DNA of 10,939 nucleotides from positions 1 through 10,939 of the forward strand of contig BTVY01000079.1 of NCBI GenBank assembly GCA_045863335.1. The letters are read 5' to 3'. Source of the DNA: Candidatus Hydrogenedentota bacterium (GTDB lineage: Bacteria; Hydrogenedentota; Hydrogenedentia; Hydrogenedentales; SLHB01). Under the pieces are notes generated by a model. The model was not told where the DNA came from. It saw only the letters and a list, made by a program, of their open reading frames with translations, and did no database searches. Numbering within the stretch: position 1 is the stretch's first letter; every line of letters begins with the position of its first letter. Shown here piece by piece: positions 1-6,267 of this stretch. Both the position numbers and the translations under genes were made by a program.

Positions 1-50
1 GGCCTGTAAGGGACTTGCACCCTCAAGTGAACGCGCCCTGCCGGGCGCAC
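1..50 (-). mobile_element. 5' end of a group II intron, probably class IIC (truncated by the window edge)
   Basis: The reverse complement of 1-50 reads GTGCGCCCGGCAGGGCGCGTTCACTTGAGGGTGCAAGTCCCTTACAGGCC. It starts with the GUGYG 5' splice consensus and resembles, from memory, the 5' end of IIC introns (GUGYGCCCGGCAUGGG...AGGGUGARAGUCCC). It begins directly after a terminator-like hairpin and U-tract, the known IIC target context. No RT ORF or domain V is visible in the window. Confidence 0.75.
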
Positions 51-88
51 AAAGAGAAATGCGCTATGCCACGCAGTGCCATAGCGCA
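51..88 (-). terminator. Rho-independent terminator of ncRNA candidate 1, also the 5'-exon hairpin of the intron
   Basis: Minus strand TGCGCTATG-G-CAC-TGC-GTG-G-CATAGCGCA-TTTCTCTTT: a 9-bp stem, one mismatch and 3 further bp, followed by a U-rich tail that ends at the GTGCG intron start. Confidence 0.75.
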
Positions 89-240
89 CTCTACAGAGGG
101 TTAGACCGGCCGGACGCTTCACGTTTGCGGGCGGTGGGATTGGCCACCCCGTGCGGCTTGCGCCGAGTACGTCCTTGGGCCTATTAAAATGGGTGACATC
201 CGTGTCAGTCGACCTTGACCTCCGTGTCTCGGCCCGTGCA
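52..240 (-). ncRNA. Candidate sigma-28-dependent structured sRNA, copy 1 (~190 nt), with CsrA-type GGA hairpins
   Basis: Bounded by the sigma-28 promoter (247-273) and the terminator (51-88). Contains hairpins GAC-ACGGAG-GUC (217-228) and UGAC-ACGGAU-GUCA (194-207), a GNRA hairpin CGGC-GCAA-GCCG (154-165) and closing helices UAGGCC/GGUCUA and GGACG/CGUCC. Paralogous to 1112-1391. Ends are estimated. Confidence 0.6.
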
Positions 241-246
241 CTACCT

Positions 247-273
247 TTATCGGCAGCCCGCGAATGAACTTTA
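247..273 (-). promoter_or_regulatory. Sigma-28 (FliA/SigD/WhiG-type) promoter
   Basis: Minus strand TAAA (273-270), 15-nt spacer, GCCGATAA (254-247): an exact match to the TAAA-N15-GCCGATAA consensus, in an extended CTAAAGTT context. Confidence 0.8.
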
Positions 274-398
274 GCGGGCGAGCGTTTACGGAGATTCCGC
301 TGAAAAGACAAGGACCGACGAGGACTGCAAGGCCCGTATTTGCGACACGTGTTGGGAGAGAGGGATGGGTGCCGGGCCGCATGCTTGGCGTGGGATTC

Positions 399-436
399 TT
401 GACCGTCAGGGTGTGTTATAATTCAAGTAACAACAC
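399..436 (+). promoter_or_regulatory. TA operon promoter (extended -10) overlapped by an inverted-repeat operator
   Basis: TGtTATAAT at 414-422. Inverted repeat TGTTA (414-418)...TAACA (428-432), extendable imperfectly to 411-436, overlaps the -10 and start site, as expected for antitoxin autorepression. TTGACC at 399-404 is only 12 nt upstream of the -10. Confidence 0.55.
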
Positions 437-447
437 AAAGGTGACCC

Positions 448-672
448 ATGGATAAGCTCAAGATCCGGAGAATCGGGAACAGTTTGGGCGCGATTATCCC
501 CGCTGAGATGCTGGCTCGTCTGCACATCGCGGAGGGTGACGAGGTCCACGCCATCATCGAACCGGACGGAATCAAACTCACGCCTTACGATCCTGAATTC
601 GACGCGGCGATGGAAGCGTTCGAAACGGGCCGGCGCCGGTACCGCAACGCACTGAAAAAACTCGCGGAATGA
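448..672 (+). CDS. AbrB/MazE/SpoVT-family antitoxin (74 aa)
   Basis: N-terminal KIRRIGNSLGAIIPAEML...EGDEV is the AbrB/MazE swapped-hairpin signature. The C-terminal RYRNALKKLAE is typical of Doc-associated antitoxins. ATGA overlap with the downstream toxin. Confidence 0.9.
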   Translation: MDKLKIRRIGNSLGAIIPAEMLARLHIAEGDEVHAIIEPDGIKLTPYDPEFDAAMEAFETGRRRYRNALKKLAE

Positions 673-1067
673 TTCGTTGGATTTCGGCCCGGGCGATCCT
701 CGCGGTCCACGACGAACTTATTCGGGAACACGGCGGCACCTATGGGGTCCGTGACGAGGACGCATTGGAATCGGCGCTCGCGCGTCCGCTGAATCGTCAC
801 GCGTACGACCGCACGCAGGATTTGAATCGGCTCGCGGCGGCTCTCGGGTACGGGATTAGCCGCAATCATCCGTTCGTTGATGGCAACAAGCGGACTGCAC
901 TTATGGCGATGTTTGTGTTTCTCGATTTGAACGGGGTCGAACTCGTTGCCGCGGAGACGGAAGCTGTTGATGCCATGGAGGCACTGGCCAGTGGTTCCCT
1001 GGATGAAGACGAATTAGCGGCCTGGTTGCAGACTCATACTCGCAAACGTCCGAAGCGCGCGCGATAA
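669..1067 (+). CDS. doc: Death-on-curing (Doc, Fic-family) type II toxin (132 aa)
   Basis: Doc-type Fic motif HPFVDGNKRTA and N-terminal H...GG..GVRD..LESALARP. Translationally coupled to the antitoxin. Confidence 0.92.
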   Translation: MIRWISARAILAVHDELIREHGGTYGVRDEDALESALARPLNRHAYDRTQDLNRLAAALGYGISRNHPFVDGNKRTALMAMFVFLDLNGVELVAAETEAVDAMEALASGSLDEDELAAWLQTHTRKRPKRAR

Positions 1068-1111
1068 CACGGACGCGTGACACCGCGCAAAGACCACTCG
1101 TTAGATACCAG

Positions 1112-1150
1112 AAAAAAAGGAAGGACGCCACAACTATGGGATTGTGGCGC
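1112..1150 (-). terminator. Rho-independent terminator of ncRNA candidate 2
   Basis: Minus strand GCGCCACAAT-CCCATA-GTTGTGGCGT followed by CCTTCCTTTTTTT. The 8-bp Watson-Crick core is extended by G-U pairs that form only on the minus strand. Confidence 0.7.
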
Positions 1151-1391
1151 CACTCATGGAGGGTAAAACTATGTACACTTTTTCAGGTGTGGTGCAGGGA
1201 TGAACACCCACCTACACTGCGTGATCCCGGCGCAGGGATGATCGCCGGGTCTTCTATGCAAAGGCTTCGTGGTGGGACGACCACTCGGCCGATTTGCCGA
1301 TGGTTGGGAGGGTTTTCCTACCCAACCCCCGCATTCAACTCTCGCGACATCCGTGTCTAGTCTGCCTTGGCCTCCGTGCCTCAGCGTTCCA
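1112..1391 (-). ncRNA. Candidate sigma-28-dependent structured sRNA, copy 2 (~280 nt), with CsrA-type GGA hairpins and C-rich loops
   Basis: Lies between the promoter at 1398-1424 and the terminator at 1112-1150. Hairpins GGC-ACGGAG-GCC (1369-1380) and GAC-ACGGAU-GUC (1346-1357), then GGUUGGG/CCCAACC and UCGGC/GCCGA stems and two stems sharing the loop UCAUCCCUG. Its 5' module is homologous to that of copy 1. Confidence 0.6.
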
Positions 1392-1397
1392 CTACCT

Positions 1398-1424
1398 GTA
1401 TCGGCGATTGCGGGAAAAACTTGA
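1398..1424 (-). promoter_or_regulatory. Sigma-28-type promoter (second copy)
   Basis: Minus strand TCAA (1424-1421), 15-nt spacer, GCCGATAC (1405-1398). The boxes and flanks are conserved with the 247-273 promoter while the spacer sequence has diverged. Confidence 0.72.
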
Positions 1425-1497
1425 GCGCCGTTACAACATCTGGTGTATTCGGCTGTGAAAAGTGCGATGGCTCCGATTTCTTTTAGTCCCCGCGAAT

Positions 1498-1506
1498 TGT
1501 TACAAT
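1498..1506 (+). promoter_or_regulatory. Possible extended -10 promoter for rfbD-rfbB
   Basis: TGtTACAAT ending 22 nt upstream of the ATG, followed by an AAGGGGA RBS. No convincing -35. Confidence 0.35.
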
Positions 1507-1528
1507 CCGGCCCGCTCAAGGGGAATTC

Positions 1529-2377
1529 ATGCAAACACTGATTGTTGGCGCAGACGGCCAGTTGGGCCGCGAACTTATCGAAGTGTTTTCCGTGGAAGGT
1601 CCGACTACCGGAATGACTTTCGCGGAACTCGACATCCTGGATGCATCGGCGTTGCAGTACGCCGCCGACCGCGTTTCGCCGGATATAGTTGTCAATGCTG
1701 CCGCGTATACGGATGTAGAGCGCGCGGAATCCGATCGGAAGGCGGCGTTCGCGGTGAACGAGACCGGCGCGCGCAACGTGGCCGAGCTGGCGCGGGAGCG
1801 CGACATCCCAACCGTGTACTTCAGCACAGATTTTGTGTTCGACGGGTCGAAGCGGGAGCCGTACGAAGCGGACGATCTCGTATCGCCTAACGGCGTCTAC
1901 GCGGAAAGCAAGGCTGCGGGAGAAGCGGCTACGCGGGACACATGGGACAAACATTTCATCATTCGCACGGCGTGGCTTTACGGCATCGGCGGCAACAATT
2001 TCGTCGAGAAGATTCTGAAGGCGGCGGAAACGCGTCCTTCGCTGCGGGTAGTAGACGATGAGGTTGGTTCGCCGACGTATACGCGGGATCTTTCCGAGGC
2101 GACGCGGGCGTTGGCGCGTACCGCGGCATACGGCACGTATCATGGAGTGAACGGCGGCCAATGTTCGCGGTTCGAGTTTGCGCAGGAGATTCTTCGCCTC
2201 GCGGGTCTGACCAATGCGGTTGAACCGTGCCGGGCCAGCGAGTTTCCGTCGAAAGCGCCGCGCCCGGCGTATTCGGTGTTGTCGAATGCGCGGCTGGAGG
2301 CGGCCTGCGGGTTTACGATGCCCCATTGGAAAGACGCGTTGCAGCGTTTCATGCAAAAACGGGAGACGATTCAATGA
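1529..2377 (+). CDS. rfbD: dTDP-4-dehydrorhamnose reductase (RmlD)
   Basis: GADGQLG Rossmann motif, VNAAAYTDVERAE, STDFVFDG, catalytic YAESK, RTAWLYG, V.D..GSPT and APRPAYSVL are all RmlD hallmarks. Confidence 0.95.
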   Translation: MQTLIVGADGQLGRELIEVFSVEGPTTGMTFAELDILDASALQYAADRVSPDIVVNAAAYTDVERAESDRKAAFAVNETGARNVAELARERDIPTVYFSTDFVFDGSKREPYEADDLVSPNGVYAESKAAGEAATRDTWDKHFIIRTAWLYGIGGNNFVEKILKAAETRPSLRVVDDEVGSPTYTRDLSEATRALARTAAYGTYHGVNGGQCSRFEFAQEILRLAGLTNAVEPCRASEFPSKAPRPAYSVLSNARLEAACGFTMPHWKDALQRFMQKRETIQ

Positions 2378-3381
2378 AGCGTATTGTGGTCACGGGCGGC
2401 GCCGGATTTATCGGATCGAATTTCGTCCGGTACACGTTGAATACATATCCGGATGTTCACGTGGTGAACGTGGACAAGCTCACCTATGCCGGGAATTTGG
2501 ACAATCTCAAGGATCTCGATGCGAGCCGGCATACCTTTGTGCAGGCGGACATTGCGGACGCCGAGGCGATGGCCAAGGCGATGGAAGGGTGCGACGCGGT
2601 CGTCAATTTCGCGGCGGACAGTCACGTGGATCGCAGCATCATGGAAGCGTCGGATTTCATCGCGACAAACGTGCGCGGCGTGCATAACATCCTGGAAGCC
2701 GCGAAGACGCAGGGGACGAAACGCGTGCTGCTCGTGTCCACCGACGAGGTGTATGGCAGCATCGCGGAGGGATCGTTCAAGGAGACGGACCCGGTCGGCC
2801 CGCGCAATCCCTACTCCGCGAGCAAGGCGGGCGGGGAATTGCTTGGCCTTTCTTATTTCCACACCTTCGGCATTCCCGTGATCATCACACGCGGTTCGAA
2901 TACCTATGGCCCCTATCAATATCCCGAGAAGGTGCTGCCGCTTTTTGTGACCAACGCCATCGATGACGAGCCCTTGCCCCTCTATGGCGACGGCAAGAAC
3001 GTACGCGACTGGTTGTTTGTGGAGGATCATTGCCGGGGCGTGGATCACGCCTTGCGCCATGGCACGCCCGGTGAGATTTACAACGTGGCGGGTGAAAACG
3101 AGCGGGAGAACATCGCGCTGACCGCGAAGATCCTGGAATGTGTGGGCAAGGACGATTCGCTCATCCGGCCGGTCAAAGACCGTCCTGGCCACGATCGCCG
3201 GTATTCTATCGATTCATCCAAGTTGAAAGCGCTGGGATGGAAACCGCTCATGGACTGGGAAAAGGGGGTCGCCCTCACCGTAAAATGGTATCAGGAGAAC
3301 GAGTGGTGGTGGCGCAAAATCAAAAGCGGTGAATTTCTGGAATACTACAAGCGTCAGTATGCCGACCGGGGCTCCGCGTAA
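2374..3381 (+). CDS. rfbB: dTDP-glucose 4,6-dehydratase (RmlB), 335 aa
   Basis: The true start is ATG 2374 (MKRIVVTGGAGFIGSNF), with a GGGAG RBS and ATGA overlap with the rfbD stop. Motifs DKLTYAGN, FAADSHVDRSI, STDEVYG, PYSASK, YGPYQYPEK and DRPGHDRRY. Confidence 0.96.
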   Translation: MKRIVVTGGAGFIGSNFVRYTLNTYPDVHVVNVDKLTYAGNLDNLKDLDASRHTFVQADIADAEAMAKAMEGCDAVVNFAADSHVDRSIMEASDFIATNVRGVHNILEAAKTQGTKRVLLVSTDEVYGSIAEGSFKETDPVGPRNPYSASKAGGELLGLSYFHTFGIPVIITRGSNTYGPYQYPEKVLPLFVTNAIDDEPLPLYGDGKNVRDWLFVEDHCRGVDHALRHGTPGEIYNVAGENERENIALTAKILECVGKDDSLIRPVKDRPGHDRRYSIDSSKLKALGWKPLMDWEKGVALTVKWYQENEWWWRKIKSGEFLEYYKRQYADRGSA

Positions 3382-3527
3382 TCGGCCATTTACGCCTCCT
3401 TGCCGCTGCCGGAGTGAAACCTGAAGGCGCACTGGCACGTCAAAACAGTGCCAATATGGAGAGGCGTCGAATACGCGGGGATCGCGAGGTGAGAGGTACC
3501 GAGCATACGCGCTGCACGAGCAGGAGC

Positions 3528-3545
3528 ATCGGGGAATTCCCCGAT
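3528..3545. repeat. Perfect 18-bp palindrome ATCGGGGAATTCCCCGAT
   Basis: Self-complementary sequence read directly, in the 389-nt intergenic region between rfbB and the SDR gene. Function unknown. Confidence 0.6.
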
Positions 3546-3770
3546 ACAGAAGTCCGGTGGATTCAAGTATGCTAATGGTTCAGATCAAGTCTCGCCGATC
3601 GCGTGCTGCGAAGGATGGTTGAAACTTGCGGTGCGTCCTCACGTGTAATGGGAAGTCTTTGTTGGGGTAGTGTTTGGAAACCCTCTCAGGGTATAATCCC
3701 GGTCGTCGTGTTTCGACCCGCCTGTTTGGGGGACCCTGAATCAGTTGCCGAGGAACTGTAAGGATCTAAC

Positions 3771-4928
3771 GTGAAAGTCAGTCGCATACGTCGTCCGTCA
3801 ATTCTACTCACTGGTGCAACCGGCATCCTGGGAAGTTGGATACTTAACGAAGCGCTCGAGCGGGGCTATTCGCCAGTTGTGCTCATGCGCGACGAGGACC
3901 GGCCCCATGCGGAACGACGGCTCGATGCCGTTCTTCACCTTCTCGGCAAGCAAAAGATGCGACCAGAGGTCGAGATCGTGCATGGCGATGCGCGTCAAAT
4001 CGAACTAGGGCTCGATTCAGACGTATCCCGGCGGTTGCGCAATTCCGCCTCGGCATTCATCCATTGCGCGGCCTCCACGAGCTTCAATCCCAAGGACGAC
4101 GTGAATCTCTGGGAGACGAACGTGACGGGGGTGCAGAACGTCCTGGATTTCGTTTCGGACAGCGATATGGCGCTCTATCACGTGAGCACGGCGTATGTGG
4201 CCGGATCCCGGCGGGACCCGTCGTACGAATCGGAGTTGGAGGTTGGCCAGGACTTCAATAACACGTACGAGCGGAGCAAGTGCGTGTCCGAGGGGATGGT
4301 GCGCGAAGCATTCGCGGCACGCCAAACCTACGGGGCGATATTCCGGCCTTCCATCATTGTGGGCGCAACGGATCACGGCAAGATTTGCGACTTTCAGAAC
4401 TTCTACGGATTCCTGCGCCTGGTGGATATGGCGTCGTCGCGGAAGCCGAATGAGCATCGGCGAATTCGGCTTGAGGGCAACGCCGACGCCACGACCAACC
4501 TGGTGCCGGTCGATTGGACGGCCCGCGCCTTGTGGCATATCGTTGAGACTGAAGGCGACCGCTGCCAGACCTATCACCTGACGAATCCGTATCCGGACAC
4601 GGTCGGGCGTTTGAAGGAATGGGTCAACGGGGTGATCCGCGAAAGCAACACGGAATTCGAGGTGGTGCGGGAGCTGGATGGGACCCCGTCGACTCTGGAA
4701 GGGATCGCCCATTCCGCGTTTCAGCATTATCGGGTGTACCTTAAGCACCAGCCGACTTTTGACCGGACCAACACGGAGCGGGCGACGCTCAAGGCGGTTC
4801 CTTTCCCGAAACTGGGGCCGGAACTTTATGCGAAGCTCCTTAATTATGCCCGTTCCCAGCGTTGGCGCGGCGCATTGTCGCGTCATGCATTGAAGGCTAT
4901 CCCGCAGCCTGACGCAGCGGCTGTGTAG
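3771..4928 (+). CDS. Extended SDR oxidoreductase, fatty acyl-CoA/thioester reductase-like (male-sterility/NAD_binding_4 type)
   Basis: ILLTGATGILG, IHCAA, YHVSTAYVAG, catalytic NTYERSK, IFRPSIIVG and NLVPVD motifs. GTG start with AAGGA RBS. TATAAT at 3692-3697. Confidence 0.8.
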   Translation: MKVSRIRRPSILLTGATGILGSWILNEALERGYSPVVLMRDEDRPHAERRLDAVLHLLGKQKMRPEVEIVHGDARQIELGLDSDVSRRLRNSASAFIHCAASTSFNPKDDVNLWETNVTGVQNVLDFVSDSDMALYHVSTAYVAGSRRDPSYESELEVGQDFNNTYERSKCVSEGMVREAFAARQTYGAIFRPSIIVGATDHGKICDFQNFYGFLRLVDMASSRKPNEHRRIRLEGNADATTNLVPVDWTARALWHIVETEGDRCQTYHLTNPYPDTVGRLKEWVNGVIRESNTEFEVVRELDGTPSTLEGIAHSAFQHYRVYLKHQPTFDRTNTERATLKAVPFPKLGPELYAKLLNYARSQRWRGALSRHALKAIPQPDAAAV

Positions 4929-4970
4929 CGGTATCAGGCCGTAGCGTCCCCATACCCCTTCCTGGAATAG

Positions 4971-4994
4971 GGCATTCTTCGTCAAAGGAATGCC
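4971..4994 (+). terminator. Hairpin downstream of the SDR gene, possible weak terminator
   Basis: GGCATTC...GAATGCC stem. The T-rich tract lies about 10 nt downstream rather than adjacent. Confidence 0.3.
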
Positions 4995-5130
4995 GACCCC
5001 TGCCTTTTGTGTTTTCACCCTGATGGGAATGGCTGCGGCTTACGTTGACTTCGCAGCTGTGCCTATCCTAAGGTATTGGCATAATTTGATGTAGCGGATA
5101 TCGCGCTGCGAACCGCGCGGCAAGGTTGGT

Positions 5131-6249
5131 ATGAAATTCCTGGCACCATTGTACGGGGTCGTTCTTTGTCTGACGGCCATTCTTCTCACCCGTTGCGGCG
5201 GCCCAGTCGCCGTCAAGGAGATTACCGAGACGCGGACGATTGAGGGGCCTGTCGCCGTTCCCGCTAACCTGACTTCCGCGCAACGTTTCGGTATGCGAAC
5301 GGCCGCCACGCCCGCCGCCCAAGACGGCCTCCCCTTTACCTACGATGTCCCCGGCGGTTGGACGACTGCCCCGGCGAACTCCATGCGCTTGATCAATCTT
5401 GTGCCGGCGGGCGACCCGCGCGCGGAGTGTTACGTCACCATTTTGCCGGGCGAGGGGGGCGGCGTGGATGCCAACGTGAACCGGTGGCGAAATCAGATGT
5501 CGCTGGAACCGTATACGAACGAGGAACTCGAGGCGCTTCCGAAGCGCGAGTTGCTCGGCGCCGAGGCGATTTACGTAGAGTTTGAAGGCGAATACACGGG
5601 GATGAGCGGGGACCAGAGCGAACCGGACTATAAGCTCCTCGGTCTTATTCTCCCGTTGAACAACAGCGGCATGTTCATCAAGATGCTGGGGCCGAAGGGC
5701 CTTATCGAACAAGAGTCCGGCAACTTTGAAGCGTTCTGCGCGTCCTTTCGGATTCGGCAAGACGCAGCCGCGCAGCCGGCCGCTACCCCGTCAGACGGCG
5801 GACATTCCCACCCGGATGGATTGGAAGTAACCTGGACTGCGCCCGAAGGCTGGAACAAGACGGCAGATCGTCCCATGCGGGCGGTCACGTTCACGATGGG
5901 CGAGAACGATTCCACCGAATGCTACGTGAGCGTGTTTCCGGGCGGCGCGGGTGGCCTGGTTCCGAACATCAACCGCTGGGCGCGCCAGATCGGGGCCGAA
6001 CCCCTGACCGAACCGATGATCGCGGAAATGCCGATGGTGACCATCATGGGTTCTCCGGCGCCTTTGGTCGAGTTCTCGGGATCGTTCAGCGACAGCATGA
6101 GCGGAATCGAAGTGGCAGACGCGACGCTGTTGGGCACGATCGGGGAACACGCGGGGCATTCCATCTTCGTGAAAATGGTGGGGCCAGCGGCGGAAGTGGC
6201 GGCGCAGAAGGAGCGATTTGTCGCGTTCTGCGAATCCATCACTCACTAA
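5131..6249 (+). CDS. Uncharacterised exported protein (possible lipoprotein) with two tandem homologous domains, first gene of the ccs locus
   Basis: Hydrophobic N-terminus ending LLTRCGG (non-canonical lipobox). Repeated motifs P.GW......MR, ECYV..PG..GG...N.NRW..Q, F.KM.GP and F.AFC.S occur at a 164-aa offset. 18-nt gap to resB. Confidence 0.8.
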   Translation: MKFLAPLYGVVLCLTAILLTRCGGPVAVKEITETRTIEGPVAVPANLTSAQRFGMRTAATPAAQDGLPFTYDVPGGWTTAPANSMRLINLVPAGDPRAECYVTILPGEGGGVDANVNRWRNQMSLEPYTNEELEALPKRELLGAEAIYVEFEGEYTGMSGDQSEPDYKLLGLILPLNNSGMFIKMLGPKGLIEQESGNFEAFCASFRIRQDAAAQPAATPSDGGHSHPDGLEVTWTAPEGWNKTADRPMRAVTFTMGENDSTECYVSVFPGGAGGLVPNINRWARQIGAEPLTEPMIAEMPMVTIMGSPAPLVEFSGSFSDSMSGIEVADATLLGTIGEHAGHSIFVKMVGPAAEVAAQKERFVAFCESITH

Positions 6250-6267
6250 GGGGCGACGGGTAACACG

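Noticed and set aside
119-199. Small peptides starting at the ATG within ACGGATG in both RNA copies (26 aa MSPILIG... at 199-119; 10 aa MSRELNAGVG at 1350-1318)
   Set aside because: Length and sequence are not conserved between copies, GGAGG is about 20 nt upstream (too far for an SD), and neither is hydrophobic like a type I toxin.
1061-1106. Possible integron attC site after doc (…TAAC…GTTAGAT), plus GTTAGAC at 100-106
   Set aside because: Only about 45 nt, no complementary L boxes, R'' does not fit RYYYAAC, and no integrase or second attC is visible.
2227-2373. N-terminal extension of the rfbB ORF in the ORF track
   Set aside because: It overlaps rfbD; family homology, RBS and ATGA coupling place the start at 2374.
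3433-3453. TGGCAC as a sigma-54 -24 element on either strand
   Set aside because: No GC/TTGC at the required -12 position in either orientation.
3573-3601. Possible third sigma-28 promoter (TAAT…GCCGATCG)
   Set aside because: The spacer is 17 rather than 15, both boxes are degenerate, and the paired ACGGA-hairpin module seen in the two copies does not follow.
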